Below, one piece after another: positions 53,348 to 64,000 of a stretch of DNA of 64,000 nucleotides; within the stretch, counting starts at the first letter, position 1, and each line of letters starts with the position of its first letter. Both the position numbers and the translations under genes were made by a program. Origin of the DNA: Yuukianura sp. NJ FZ-2021 (Eukaryota); contig CM102286.1 in assembly GCA_046563655.1 (NCBI GenBank), positions 10,974,001-11,038,000 on the forward strand, written 5' to 3'. The notes beneath the pieces were generated by a model. That model saw only the letters and a program-made list of their open reading frames with translations, did not search any database and was not told where the DNA came from.

Positions 53348-54308
53348 CGTTTTAGAGTTGAAGAACAAAATTGAGAATGACTTCTGATTATATGAAGGCA
53401 CCCTTCTCTATTGTGTTTTTAAGTTGCTAAACGGTTAAGTTTTGTTGTAAGAATCGTGATCTCAAAAATTGTTTGTGGAAGAAACTAATCCTCGCTGAAG
53501 ATTTCGTGAATTTATAGTCGGGCGTAAATTGAGACGCAGCGTCGCTACAAAACATTGAGTTTTTTGAGTAATTTGAGTGACTTTATTTTTCGAGATACAG
53601 CGAGTGGTTTGCGAAACCAGTCTCAAAACCAGTTATCAATTAATATGTCTTCAACTTCTATAATATCGATTTAAAGCAGGTTTCACAGGACTTTTTTCTC
53701 GTTTTCAAAATGATTGGCACTCACACCGACAATTTGGTTCTTCGGCTTGGAAATTCCAAAATTGACTTAAGACGCGTGCATTGCCATTGTAACCTTGCAT
53801 CCAGACCCTCGAATTTGTACATAAAGTGGTCGTGAAGACATCTGGTATCTACCATTAGAATGTATTTATTTAGCGCATATTGAAATGTATACGTAAATCT
53901 ACCTAAATGATAACAATCAACTATATAAAAAAAATAAAGACATTTTCAATTATGAAGCAAGTTTTTGTGTTTGTTCTAAGTTAGGTTACGTATAGCTAAT
54001 GTATGCTATTGGTTAGTGTGAGATGTGGGAGGTACCCAATTAAAACAACTTGAAATTGAAAACTTTAATTTACAAAATGAATTTTTTATTACTTTAGACT
54101 TCACGTTGATTAAACCAAAGACGACAAATGTATAGTGTCAATTTTAAGCCCTACAATTACGTAAGTGAGTCCAGAATTTAAATTATTGTATTAATTTATT
54201 CCTGAGCCAACTGGACATCACCAACTTCAAGTTCCTGGAAAGCAGGTTTGATAAACCTTTTTGCGACTTAACTGGGCAATAAGAATGTTGTGTTGGGATT
54301 TGTTGTAC

Positions 54309-56090
54309 TTAATATGTAAGGGCGGTGGCCCTGTTTCTGGCTTTCTTGGAATATGTAGAGGTTGAATTAAGAAATTGGGGGGTAACGAGGGATGAATTTG
54401 TAACCAGGATTGTACTGCTGTTGCCGGAATTCGGATTTCTTCTTCTAAATTGCAACCTGCGTTCACTGTTCCTCCTGCGGACTTCATTTGTGGCAGGCGA
54501 AGATGGGTTCGCTCTCGGTACCATCAGATCGATGAAATTGAAGAAGAAGCCCACGGCGGGTGAACTAAAGCAATCCACAGCGTACGGCGTAAATGTCTGT
54601 AGTATGCTCCTAACCACACACTGTGTAAATGGAGCGTAACTTTGGCAGTAGTACTGTTTCGGTTGAAACTCACCTGGAGCGGAAATAAATAAAATGAAAT
54701 TGAATTCTGTTTCTGATTTTTTTATATCTTTTAAGCGAAGTGCCTGATTCTTGATAATGTTTTGCTACTTACTTGCCATTGCCAAACCTGAGAATAAATA
54801 AATTTCGATCAAAACCAGAAAAGGCTGGCAAATAATTAGAAGTTGTTGGAATATTTTTACTTACATGCCTGTGCTTGCTCAATTACCGTCTCACGAATAG
54901 CTTCTGGAACATTCTCTTGGAAGTAAAACAGTGCTTGAACTTCATCCAACATACCGTCTTCCCCGATCTGGAACAAAAAATTATACTTTGCTAAACAATT
55001 GTATATTCTATACAATTTCAATAGATACATTTTCAAAAAAACAGGTTTCTTATTTTTTTGTTAATCAAGATTGTTCTCTTTTAAAAGATTCCGTACACTC
55101 AATTGCGTCAAAAACTAAAACCGTAAAATTGGACGGATTCAATAAAATTCTTTGATACTTTTATGCTATATCGCAACGTACGACATGGCTTTTAGCTATG
55201 CTTCTGCACGGTTTGCCGATGTTTAGTTTGCGATAAATAGTTGAAATGGCGAGATGCATGGTTGAAATATTCAAATCGGGTGCGATTGCGCGACTTGTGT
55301 AGGATGTCTACCGCATACCAATATCGCAAGTGATCACATCTTTCTAAAGTTAAGCAAGTTTGGCTTCTGTAAGTTAAAAAAGATCCAGTTCTCGCTGTCA
55401 ACAAACGTTAACCGCGTTTACTTGAAATAGCTGATATACAGGTTACGTGCGGTTTTCATTCTAACTACAAAAGAGTCATAAAAAAAGTTTGAAAAAAAAG
55501 TAACGGATGAATCTTACCACGCCGAGATCCATCATAGAGCACTTTACGATGCACTACAAATATTTTTCAAACAGTTTACAAACAAATGATTAAACAAATA
55601 GTTGTCAACTACATGCTACATACTACATGCAAGTTAGCAGAGAAACAGAAATATGCCTACAAAATGAGCTGCATCATTTTGTGTACGTAATAATAAGCTC
55701 TCTCTTAAATTTTATGCATAGTATAACATATATTACATAAAATCTTTTCGTCAGTTCAAATGGGGACTGCAACTGCAATTTCCCGCCGAGGCAGTTCAAG
55801 GCCGCCGTAATAAAGCCTTGAACGAGGCTGATAATTGACTTCTGGCAGGTTGGTTCTGGAACTTCTTCTCCGCCGCCATCTTCTCCTCCTTCATCTTGAC
55901 TCCGGACAGTTGGAACCTATTCCGATATGAACAATTTTAAATCTTAAACTTATACAACTATATTTTAATGTTTGGCACATTATAATATTGCCGCTGTATT
56001 TTCATAACACACCTGTATTTTCAGTAGTAATAAACAAAAATTGAATAGAAAGACGTATTTTCGAGAATTCAAAACTAATCGTAAATTCAT
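54309..56090 (-). CDS. Odorant-binding-protein-like secreted protein
   Basis: Six phase-compatible exons 56090-56013, 55916-55737, 55553-55518, 54967-54865, 54787-54773, 54673-54309. OBP cysteine pattern LNC...CIVKCSMMDLGVIGEDG...QAC...CQSYAPFTQC (C-x3-C, C-x8-C). Confidence 0.8.
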
Positions 56091-58004
56091 TTTGTTTACT
56101 ATGGGTTTTTTTTTTAAGAAATGTCAAATCGAAATTACTCACGGGGATTAAATTTTTTCTAACCTTTTTAATTCAATATTAAAGCAATACCATGGAGAGC
56201 CATTTCAGTTCTACTTTTATACAAAAACTTAGCCAACTCTTCCGGTATGGTTTGAAAAGTGTAGTGTTGAATGCCTGCTGCATTCTAAACAATGTCAAGT
56301 TCAAATACAATTGCCTGATAGCATCTAAAAAAAAGATGCAATTTGATCCATTGGTTTCTCATCATTTTGATGTGCAATATTCAAATACTTGACTTGAAAC
56401 TACTGTTGTTGAGGACTCTGAAACGATTCGGATTGAGAATTTAATTATGGGGGTTGACAAAGCAGGAAGCAAGTAGTATTGTTCAAAAACGCGTCAATGT
56501 TGGAAATAATTTATAGTTCGATGAAAGTGGGAAAATATGTAATTTAACCAAAAAAAAAATTAATTCGTTTACCCCGGGAACCCAAGTTATTCAAATTTTG
56601 ACGTTGACACAACTAGGACCGATCAGTTGAGAACAAACTGTAGTATTCCCACAACATTTCCCAGGAATTGGAAGCGTTGAACACTGTGCCAACTATGAAA
56701 CTATATTTCCACATTTTTGGCATGTCATAGAACAATAAATTGGTTTACATCTCAGAAATTTACAAAGGGTTCACTGTAGAAGCACTCATAGACTCCAACG
56801 GCAAAGGTGCAAAACAGTGGCATAAAATCGGATAAAATTATATGATTCAAAAAGCTATAAATTGTAGTAAACAATCAACCTTGGTTCCATCTCCATGTTA
56901 CAAGAATTTTGGAGAAGAAAAATCAATCATGACATATCAAATTTTTTTTAGTCAAATCAACAACGAGAGTAACTTAATTGCGCATTTTAGTATTTGATGG
57001 CAGTAATATCATCGTCGTGTATTTTTTTGTTTTACAGAGAAAGATGGAAAAGCGTTTGCTTTTTGTCAAAAAAGAACAGTTTTTTCTTTTCAAAATTCGT
57101 CCAATGAAATTTCAAAATTACGACTGTACTCAAGGCAGCTCGAGTGTAATTAACTCAAACAACCTTGATTGTACCTTAGTTTGCGTTTTTTGAGATCATG
57201 GATATAATCTGCATTAAAGTAAATTCTATTTTGCATTCGGTTTGCGTCATCAAATTTTTGTTCCAGAATAATTCCGAACACAAGATGAACATTTGAACAA
57301 TAGGAAATTTAGCAACCAGCATTTAGACAGCCCTCCGAATTTTAACGCCTGCGATTTCGACAAATAAAGTTCAACAGATCATTACGTTGCAGTACTCCAT
57401 TGAACTATAAAAAGTAAATCATGAATTAAGAAGTTCAAATTCTAAGTTTATAATGTTTTTGAGAGTAGGAATATAAAAAGTCGTTTCCGAAGGAATGATA
57501 TGTTCCATTTTTGCGTTTATCTGAACTAATTTTTGCTAGTACTTTTTGCTCCGTAATGTTAATTATAAAGGGTAATTTATAAGGTCAACAAAAATGACAT
57601 TTATACCTTTTTCGCCATTCATGTGCTATTTCTTGGTGATCTTTTTACTTTTACACAAATAACCACATTTTGTGGCCTTTTACGTTACGTTTTGCGTTAC
57701 GTTACCTGTGAATTAGCATTAGATTTGTTATACGACGGGCGAGGGAGACACGCAGTCCCATTAGTGTGTTCAACGAATTAGTATAATTCCAGTATCACTC
57801 CACTCGAATGCTTGTTTCTAGGTATTTCCTGACAGTTGAATTCAGTCGATTGTCATATTTCTTGTAAGGCTCATCTGCACTGTCAGTGAACTCCAAGCGA
57901 GACAGTTTGAATTGTTGTTTTTGGTGTTTAGTTTTTATATCAAAAGAATTTCAAGCTAATAGCCAAAATTTAAATTCTTTTGTTGGAAGTTTATTAAAAT
58001 TTTG

Positions 58005-61000
58005 ATGGAGTACAAACTTAGTGTCAGAAATGGGTACAATAGCGAGCAAAGTGTCGCTTCCGACTCTTCCCAGCGACCGGAAGTGGAAACAACGAAGTCT
58101 AATCAGGACTTTGGAATGGAAGATGCTCTTCAGAAACTAGGTTAGTTTCAAGTTTAATTTTTATCCTATTCCTGAATCAAATTTCAGTCTTTTTAACATG
58201 TTGTGTCATGCTCATAAACATAAACATAAAGGCTCCAAAAAACTAAAGTTATATTATGATTTTATTCAAACAGAAAATATTTTGGTATCCCGTAGGTGGT
58301 TTCTCCTTTTTCCAATTCTTTGTAATGATTTCACTTCTGGCAATTGACTTCCCTGCAGTTATGCTCACAATGAATCCGCTTCTCACCGGAACCAGTCACG
58401 TTCCATTTCAATGTCAGTTTCAAAATGGAACTTCAGTGATGATACCGGAAGCAGACCTTTGTACTTTCAACTGTTCAGGCGAACTTATTCCAGTTGGAAA
58501 ACCTCCCTTTCAATCCATTGTTCAAGAAGTAACGCCTACACTAATTGCTATTTTCAGATTAATAACATGCTTACTTATGATTTTTGAAAAACTAAATTCA
58601 TTTGTATTCACAGTGGAACTTGTTTTGTGGAAGCTCCTGGATTACCGATACTGTCGTTAGTATTCAAATGGCAGGAAATCTATTAGGATCATTGGGAGTC
58701 GCATATTGCTCAGACAGGTTAATTTTCTCAGAACATGACCTTAATGAAAACAGAACATGCGAAATGAGAAATAATGGCCAATAGGTTTGGAAGAAAACCA
58801 GCATTCTACACTATCACAATTTTGATGGGATTTACCGGAGTACTATCAGCAGTTTCAACTGGACCAGTTTTCTTTACGTTTTCGAGGTTTCTAACTGGAT
58901 TTGCAATTGGAGGTATGAATTACATATCTTATGTGCTAGTACTATTTGTTTTTAAATGAGATTTTCAGGCTACGCGTCGTCATTTTTTTAATGTAGTTTG
59001 CAAGGTTCCTTGACAACGGAATTGTATTTCCTACAACAGGTTGTCCAATAACTCAGGGTTTTTTAAAAATCTAGCTTTAAACAACTTTTAGCATCAATTT
59101 TGTTTACACATTTTTAGAACAAATGAATGAAGGCTTGAACATAGAATACATTAAAAATCTTCCTGCTAGTCTGTAATTTCTACACTCACTAATATAATTT
59201 ATGAGGGCAAAGACTCCTAAGAATACATCCCTCGCGAACAAATCTTTGCAGTGAAACATGGCAACATTGGAAAGGTAGCAAGAATAACCTAAACTTGCTA
59301 CTTCAACGCTGTACAACAAGTGAACGAAGGCTTGAACATAGAATACATTAAAAATCTTCCTGCTAGTCTGTAATTTCTACACTCACTAATATAATTTATG
59401 AGTGCAAAGACTCCTAAGAACACATCCCTCGCGAACAAATCTTTGCAGTGAAACATGGCAACCTTGGAACGGTAGCAAGAATAACCTCAACTTTCTACTT
59501 TAAAGCAGTGATTTTCCCGATTTTATTTTTCAAACTTTGAACATTTGAAATCGCATAGGAGTAAAGTAAAAGTGAAAAAAATTCAAATGCAGTAAAGAAA
59601 AATGGAGGCTAAGTTTAAAGCGCTCGGTTTTTGAAAATTTTGGCAAAAAATTGAAACACCTGAGCTATTGGACAACCTGGCGTAGAAAAAACATTTTCTT
59701 TGTTTACGAACCATGACTGTTTGGATTTATTTTCTAAAGGTTCGTTTACAAGCCATTTCAATTATTTGATGGAATTCCTACCTGCTAGATGGAGGCAAGT
59801 GTGTGGATGCGTTTCGTTTTGGAGTCTTGGAGAAATGTGTTTAGGATTAATCGGATATCTGATTCCGTCATGGCGCACAGTATCATGGGTTACAGCATTT
59901 CCAGCATTTATTATATTTCTGACTATCTTGTAAGAGAACAGTTCCAATTCCAAGCAACTAGTGTCATGCTGCTGTAAATAATCAAAATATTATTATTTTT
60001 TGCAGTTTTATTCCAGAAAGTCCACGGTGGGCTTTCGCCAATGAAAAGTCGGCAGCAGCCGAGGCCGCGCTAAATCAAATTTCAAAATGGAACGGTAAAA
60101 CGGCTCTCAATCCACAAGAAACGGAGCGATTAAAGAACTCTGTGTGTCGGGAGAAAAGTTTAGAAGAGGCGGGAAGAGATCACACATGGAAAGTGTTTAG
60201 AAATTTTAAACTTCTGCGGACCTTACTGGTTTTTGCTCTAGCTTGGTTTGCAAATGCTGTCGTTTATTTTGGAATCAGCTACAACATGAAGAATATCAGT
60301 GGTGATCCATACTGGAATATTTTCTTTCTTGGAATGGTGGATTGCCCAGCAGAACTCTCGGGATTCTATTTTAGTAACAAGTAATTCCTTAAATTCGAGA
60401 TTCATTTCAAATGACATTTTAAAAATTTCGAATTTTGATGGCAGGTATGGGCGACGCAAATCGTTCATAGGATACCTCATGATTTCGAGCATATTTCTGG
60501 TTGCTATTCCCGTCCTCATCTTGGAAGAAACACTAGCAAACAAATATCCATGGTTAATTCTGGTGCTTTCACTGGCGGGAAAGTTCTTTTGTGAAGGTAA
60601 ACACCTTGATCTGTGCAATTGGCAATGCCTTACCGACATTCTTTTCCTCCATTTTGAAAAACTTTCAAAATTCAAAACTAAAAAAATTCGGTTTCATTAT
60701 TCAACTTGAGTGAATTGATTATTGCACAGGATCGTGGGCTATAATGGCTTGCTTCAGTAGCGAATCGTTCCCAACAGTTTGTCGATCTTTTTCTCTCAGT
60801 GTCTGCTCTGCCGCATCGACTATCGGAGGGTATTTCAATTATGAAGATTTAAATCAATTTAAATTAAATGTATATATTAAAATATTGTAAATTGTGATGT
60901 TTTTTAAAGGATTATTGCACCACAACTTATTGGAGCTCCGTTCCCCAAGGCTGTTCCATATTCAGTATTTGCTGTATTGTCAATAATTAGCGCAACGACT

Positions 61001-61048
61001 TCTCTTTCATTGCCAGAAATGAAAGGAAAGCCGCTCGCTGACATTTAA
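58005..61048 (+). CDS. SLC22/organic cation transporter-like MFS protein
   Basis: Multi-exon. SIVQE|WNLFC, SDR|FGRKP, LMEFLPARWR, IPESPRW, YGRRKS, SESFPTVCR, LPEMKGKPL motifs. Confidence 0.92.
59037..59679. mobile_element. MITE-like element in an SLC22 intron, with an internal ~197-bp tandem duplication
   Basis: Inverted termini CAGGTTGTCCAATAACTCAGG (59037) and CCTGAGCTATTGGACAACCTG (to 59679). Direct repeat units start at ~59124 and ~59321. TSD not resolved. Confidence 0.75.
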
Positions 61049-61479
61049 TTACCTTGAATTTGGACTGGGTTCATTTCTTCACTTCTCGCATTAGATGATA
61101 CGAATTTTATTTATTTTTGCAAAAATGAGTCGCCAAATCATTAAATTAAAACTTAATGAAATAAACTTTCATACGCAAGAATAAGAAAACAATTCAAGAA
61201 ATTAAAAGTTAATTTATTTTTAAACGCTTCACAAATTTTACTCCTGCTACTTAAAACTAAATTTTAGGCTTGAATACAGCAAACAATTGTGTAACTTAAG
61301 AATTTTTGTCAGTATGAACATGGATTCACAATTTTTCAAATCCGGAAATGAAACTCTTTTTTTCGATTTTTTTTGCAGCTTTTTTCGACGTTTCAACTCA
61401 TTTCCAACCGTTTTCCGCAAAAAAAAAGCATGTGGATAGGCTCTCTCTTGCATATTTTTGAACTTTTACTTTTTGGAAA

Positions 61480-61900
61480 TGAAGGGAAGAGGTTTGAACT
61501 GCTGTGCGGGTGAACGTTTTTTGCTCTTGGCGTCTGTATCCACTAATTTGTGGAAAAATTTTGAGAAATGGAAAAGTTGTGAGGAGATTTGCGGGGCGCA
61601 GAATTTCGAAAATTTCGTTGCTGACGTGTTTTTGAAAACTTTGACTCCAGGTCATCAATGTCCATTGGCGGGTCACCAAAGTTTTGAGGCTAAAATGATG
61701 AAAACGTTGAGCAGCACTGTAAATGACGTCACCGCGAGGCTAGAGATTCCCATAGCAAGAATAGCTTTTGAAAAAAAAAACAATCATAAAGGACCCTATA
61801 CCTATTAGTACACTATTTGCCTTGGCATTTTACGTTAGAAAAATGAAATTTCCGAACTCTCCATGGAATTACCAAAGGCAAAATTCTCTGACGTAAAACT
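61480..61900 (-). pseudogene. Degenerate cytochrome P450 fragment
   Basis: NEIFEILRPANLLTTFPFLKIFPQISGYRRQE closely matches the exon at 63738-63880 of the neighbouring CYP. VREFAFGNSME-like remnant near 61860-61895. No other exons seen. Confidence 0.7.
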
Positions 61901-62061
61901 AAAAACTTGTTCTCCAACACTATTCATCTTAATAAATAATAAATTTCCACTTTTATTTTTATTTATTTATTAATTTATTTAAGTATTTATGGCTGATAAC
62001 TACCAACTATTCACGTGTGTTCTTTGATCCAAACTTCTAAAGACTTTGTGTCATGGCTATG

Positions 62062-64000
62062 TTATGCCCGAGAGACAAACCTGACTACGCATGGTTTTGG
62101 AAGAATTGAAAGTGTTACAGCTCCAGGTTCGAGTGATGGTTCATGCCCTTCTTTGACCTCAAGTGAAAAAGTCAACAGAAGAGAAACCACAAAACGAAAT
62201 AAAGTATCCATTGCCATTGTTTCTCCCGGACAAACGCGTTTTCCTAAAAAATTCAAAATCTCAAAGTCGAAATTTCCAAAAACCGTAATCCCTATCCTGC
62301 ATAACTGCACAAGTGATGTAATAACTTATGTAACCGCACGACTTATGTAATCCGAGCGTAACATAGAGTTATAAAGCTTGTTTAACTCGAAATTTGGATT
62401 ATTTTCTCTTAATAATAACTTCTTTTTGCAAAATTTCAAACTTTTTGAAAACAGCACATCTGATACGGCTCCGTGGCGTAAGCAATTCAAATCCAAAACT
62501 AGTATGACTCAGCAATGTGAAAATTGAAAAATTTCAAAAAAATATTTTGAAAATCAACAAAATTGGTACAAAGGCAAGGTAAATAGAATACTACAGGTAG
62601 TGCGAACAGAAACTTTGTTAGGTTACCAAGGCATTTTTTTATGACGTCACTCGTTGAAAAATACCGTAATCGTCAACTTATTATCCGAGGCGCGAATCTA
62701 AACATCAAACGGTATATGGGTTTCTATAGGATACCATCATTATTCCCCGAATTCCGGTATTTTTCAACGAGTGACGTCACAAACAAAAGCTGGCGTTGGT
62801 TGCTAAGGGCGCTGAACGCAGGGGGCTGGTACAAAGGTTGTTTTTTCGTGTTTTTAAAAAAATTAAGAGTTATGACAAAACCTCTTAGAGCATTTGTATA
62901 AATGGTCGCTATAGCAACCTTGGTTATACCTATATATAACTCACCAAATCCGAAACAACTTGCTCGTTCCTTCTTTTCAGCGTTCAAGGTCATCTCATCT
63001 GGGTCAATAAATCGCTCTGGTCGGAATTGTTCTGGGTCACCCCAGTACGCAGAATCGTCGAATACGGGACGCAAGTTGTTGAGAATGCAAGTGCCTTTCG
63101 GAATGACGTAGCCCTCGTATGCAACGTCGCAAGTCGTTTGTCGCGGTGGCGGCATACTCCTAAAAGGACTGTGACGGATCACTTCCAAAATGACGGCAAT
63201 GGTGTACGGCATTCTACATCAAACGTAAATTTGTGAATAATGTTCAAAATTTGTACATTTTGTAAAGAAAAAAATGTGTTTTACAAAAAAGGAGTACTTG
63301 TTTGTAGCAGTGAGTGGTATGTATTTCGATCCATTTTCAGAAACGTTCAAAATTTCTTCGCGCGCTTGTTTTTGAACTTCTGGAAACAAAGTGAGGTAGA
63401 TCAGAGTCCAACTCATTACGGTACTCGTAGTTTCGCTTCCGGCCAAAAACAGATCCATGATAACAGCAATTAGTTGCTCCTCTGTTCAAAATTTTTAAAA
63501 TTTAAGATTCGATTTTTTTTTAAATATAGCTATCGCTGTACCGGTCATGATTGTATTGGGATTCCCACGATTTTTTTCAATTTCATCCAGAAAAACTTCC
63601 ACAAAACTCTCCGCTTTCTGGTCACTTCGCCCGAGTCTTTTCATTTTCGCATCTTCCACTAAATCCTGTCAGCAAAAATTAGAAAAACTGCTGTTACTAA
63701 AATTTTTAACTTTTTAACGTTTTTTTTTTGAAATTTTACCTCCATGACCTTCCAGCATGCTTTGTTAATTTCCTCTTGGCGTTTGTATCCACTCGTTTCC
63801 GGAAAAAATTTGAGAAACGGAAAAGCTGTGAGGAGATTTGTGGGGCGCAGAATTTCGAAAATTTGGTTGTTGACATCGATTTGTCTCTGGATAAATTCGG
63901 ACTTGGGGTCAAACCGGTACCCACCAACCGAATTCCATATGATGTTGAGTGAAGCAATACCGAACCGGTTCGAATCGACTTTCCACACTCCGTCGGAATT
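62062..64000 (-). CDS. Cytochrome P450, clan 2-like (5' part outside the window)
   Basis: I-helix DLFLAGSETTS, EVIR (ExxR), FRPERF, heme motif FGFG|KRVCPGE across an intron. Stop at 62062. Confidence 0.93.
62575..62830 (+). mobile_element. ~256-bp interspersed non-autonomous repeat, copy 2 (CYP last intron)
   Basis: Inverted near-identical copy of 42691-42946. Confidence 0.85.

Overview
AT-rich, intron-containing animal DNA. Gene content (ZAD-C2H2 finger, ionotropic receptor, OBP-like, clan-2 CYP, microbial-style PKS and laccase) suggests a hexapod, possibly a springtail; this is an inference. In order: a ZAD/C2H2 zinc-finger gene; an ~11.6 kb Helentron-like non-autonomous element holding 72 copies of a 144-bp repeat; an AT-hook + chromo + chromo-shadow (HP1-like) gene; a ~4 kb Transib (RAG1-core-like) transposon with CACAGTG ends, a CACTG target-site duplication, a dead transposase and two extra small spliced ORFs; small secreted or membrane genes; a TXNDC17-like gene with an altered active site; an intronless IR; a fungal-type multicopper oxidase flanked by two paralogous Cys-rich secreted genes; a reducing type I PKS; an OBP-like gene; an SLC22 transporter; and a CYP plus a CYP fragment. 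Headline: hand-splicing joins a glycogenin-like (GT8) domain lacking its DXD motif in frame to the PKS N-terminus, giving one ~2,770-aa GT8-KS-AT-DH-MT-ER-KR-ACP protein near an oxidase, a P450 and a transporter. All gene models were spliced by eye and family calls rest on recalled motifs; no searches were run.
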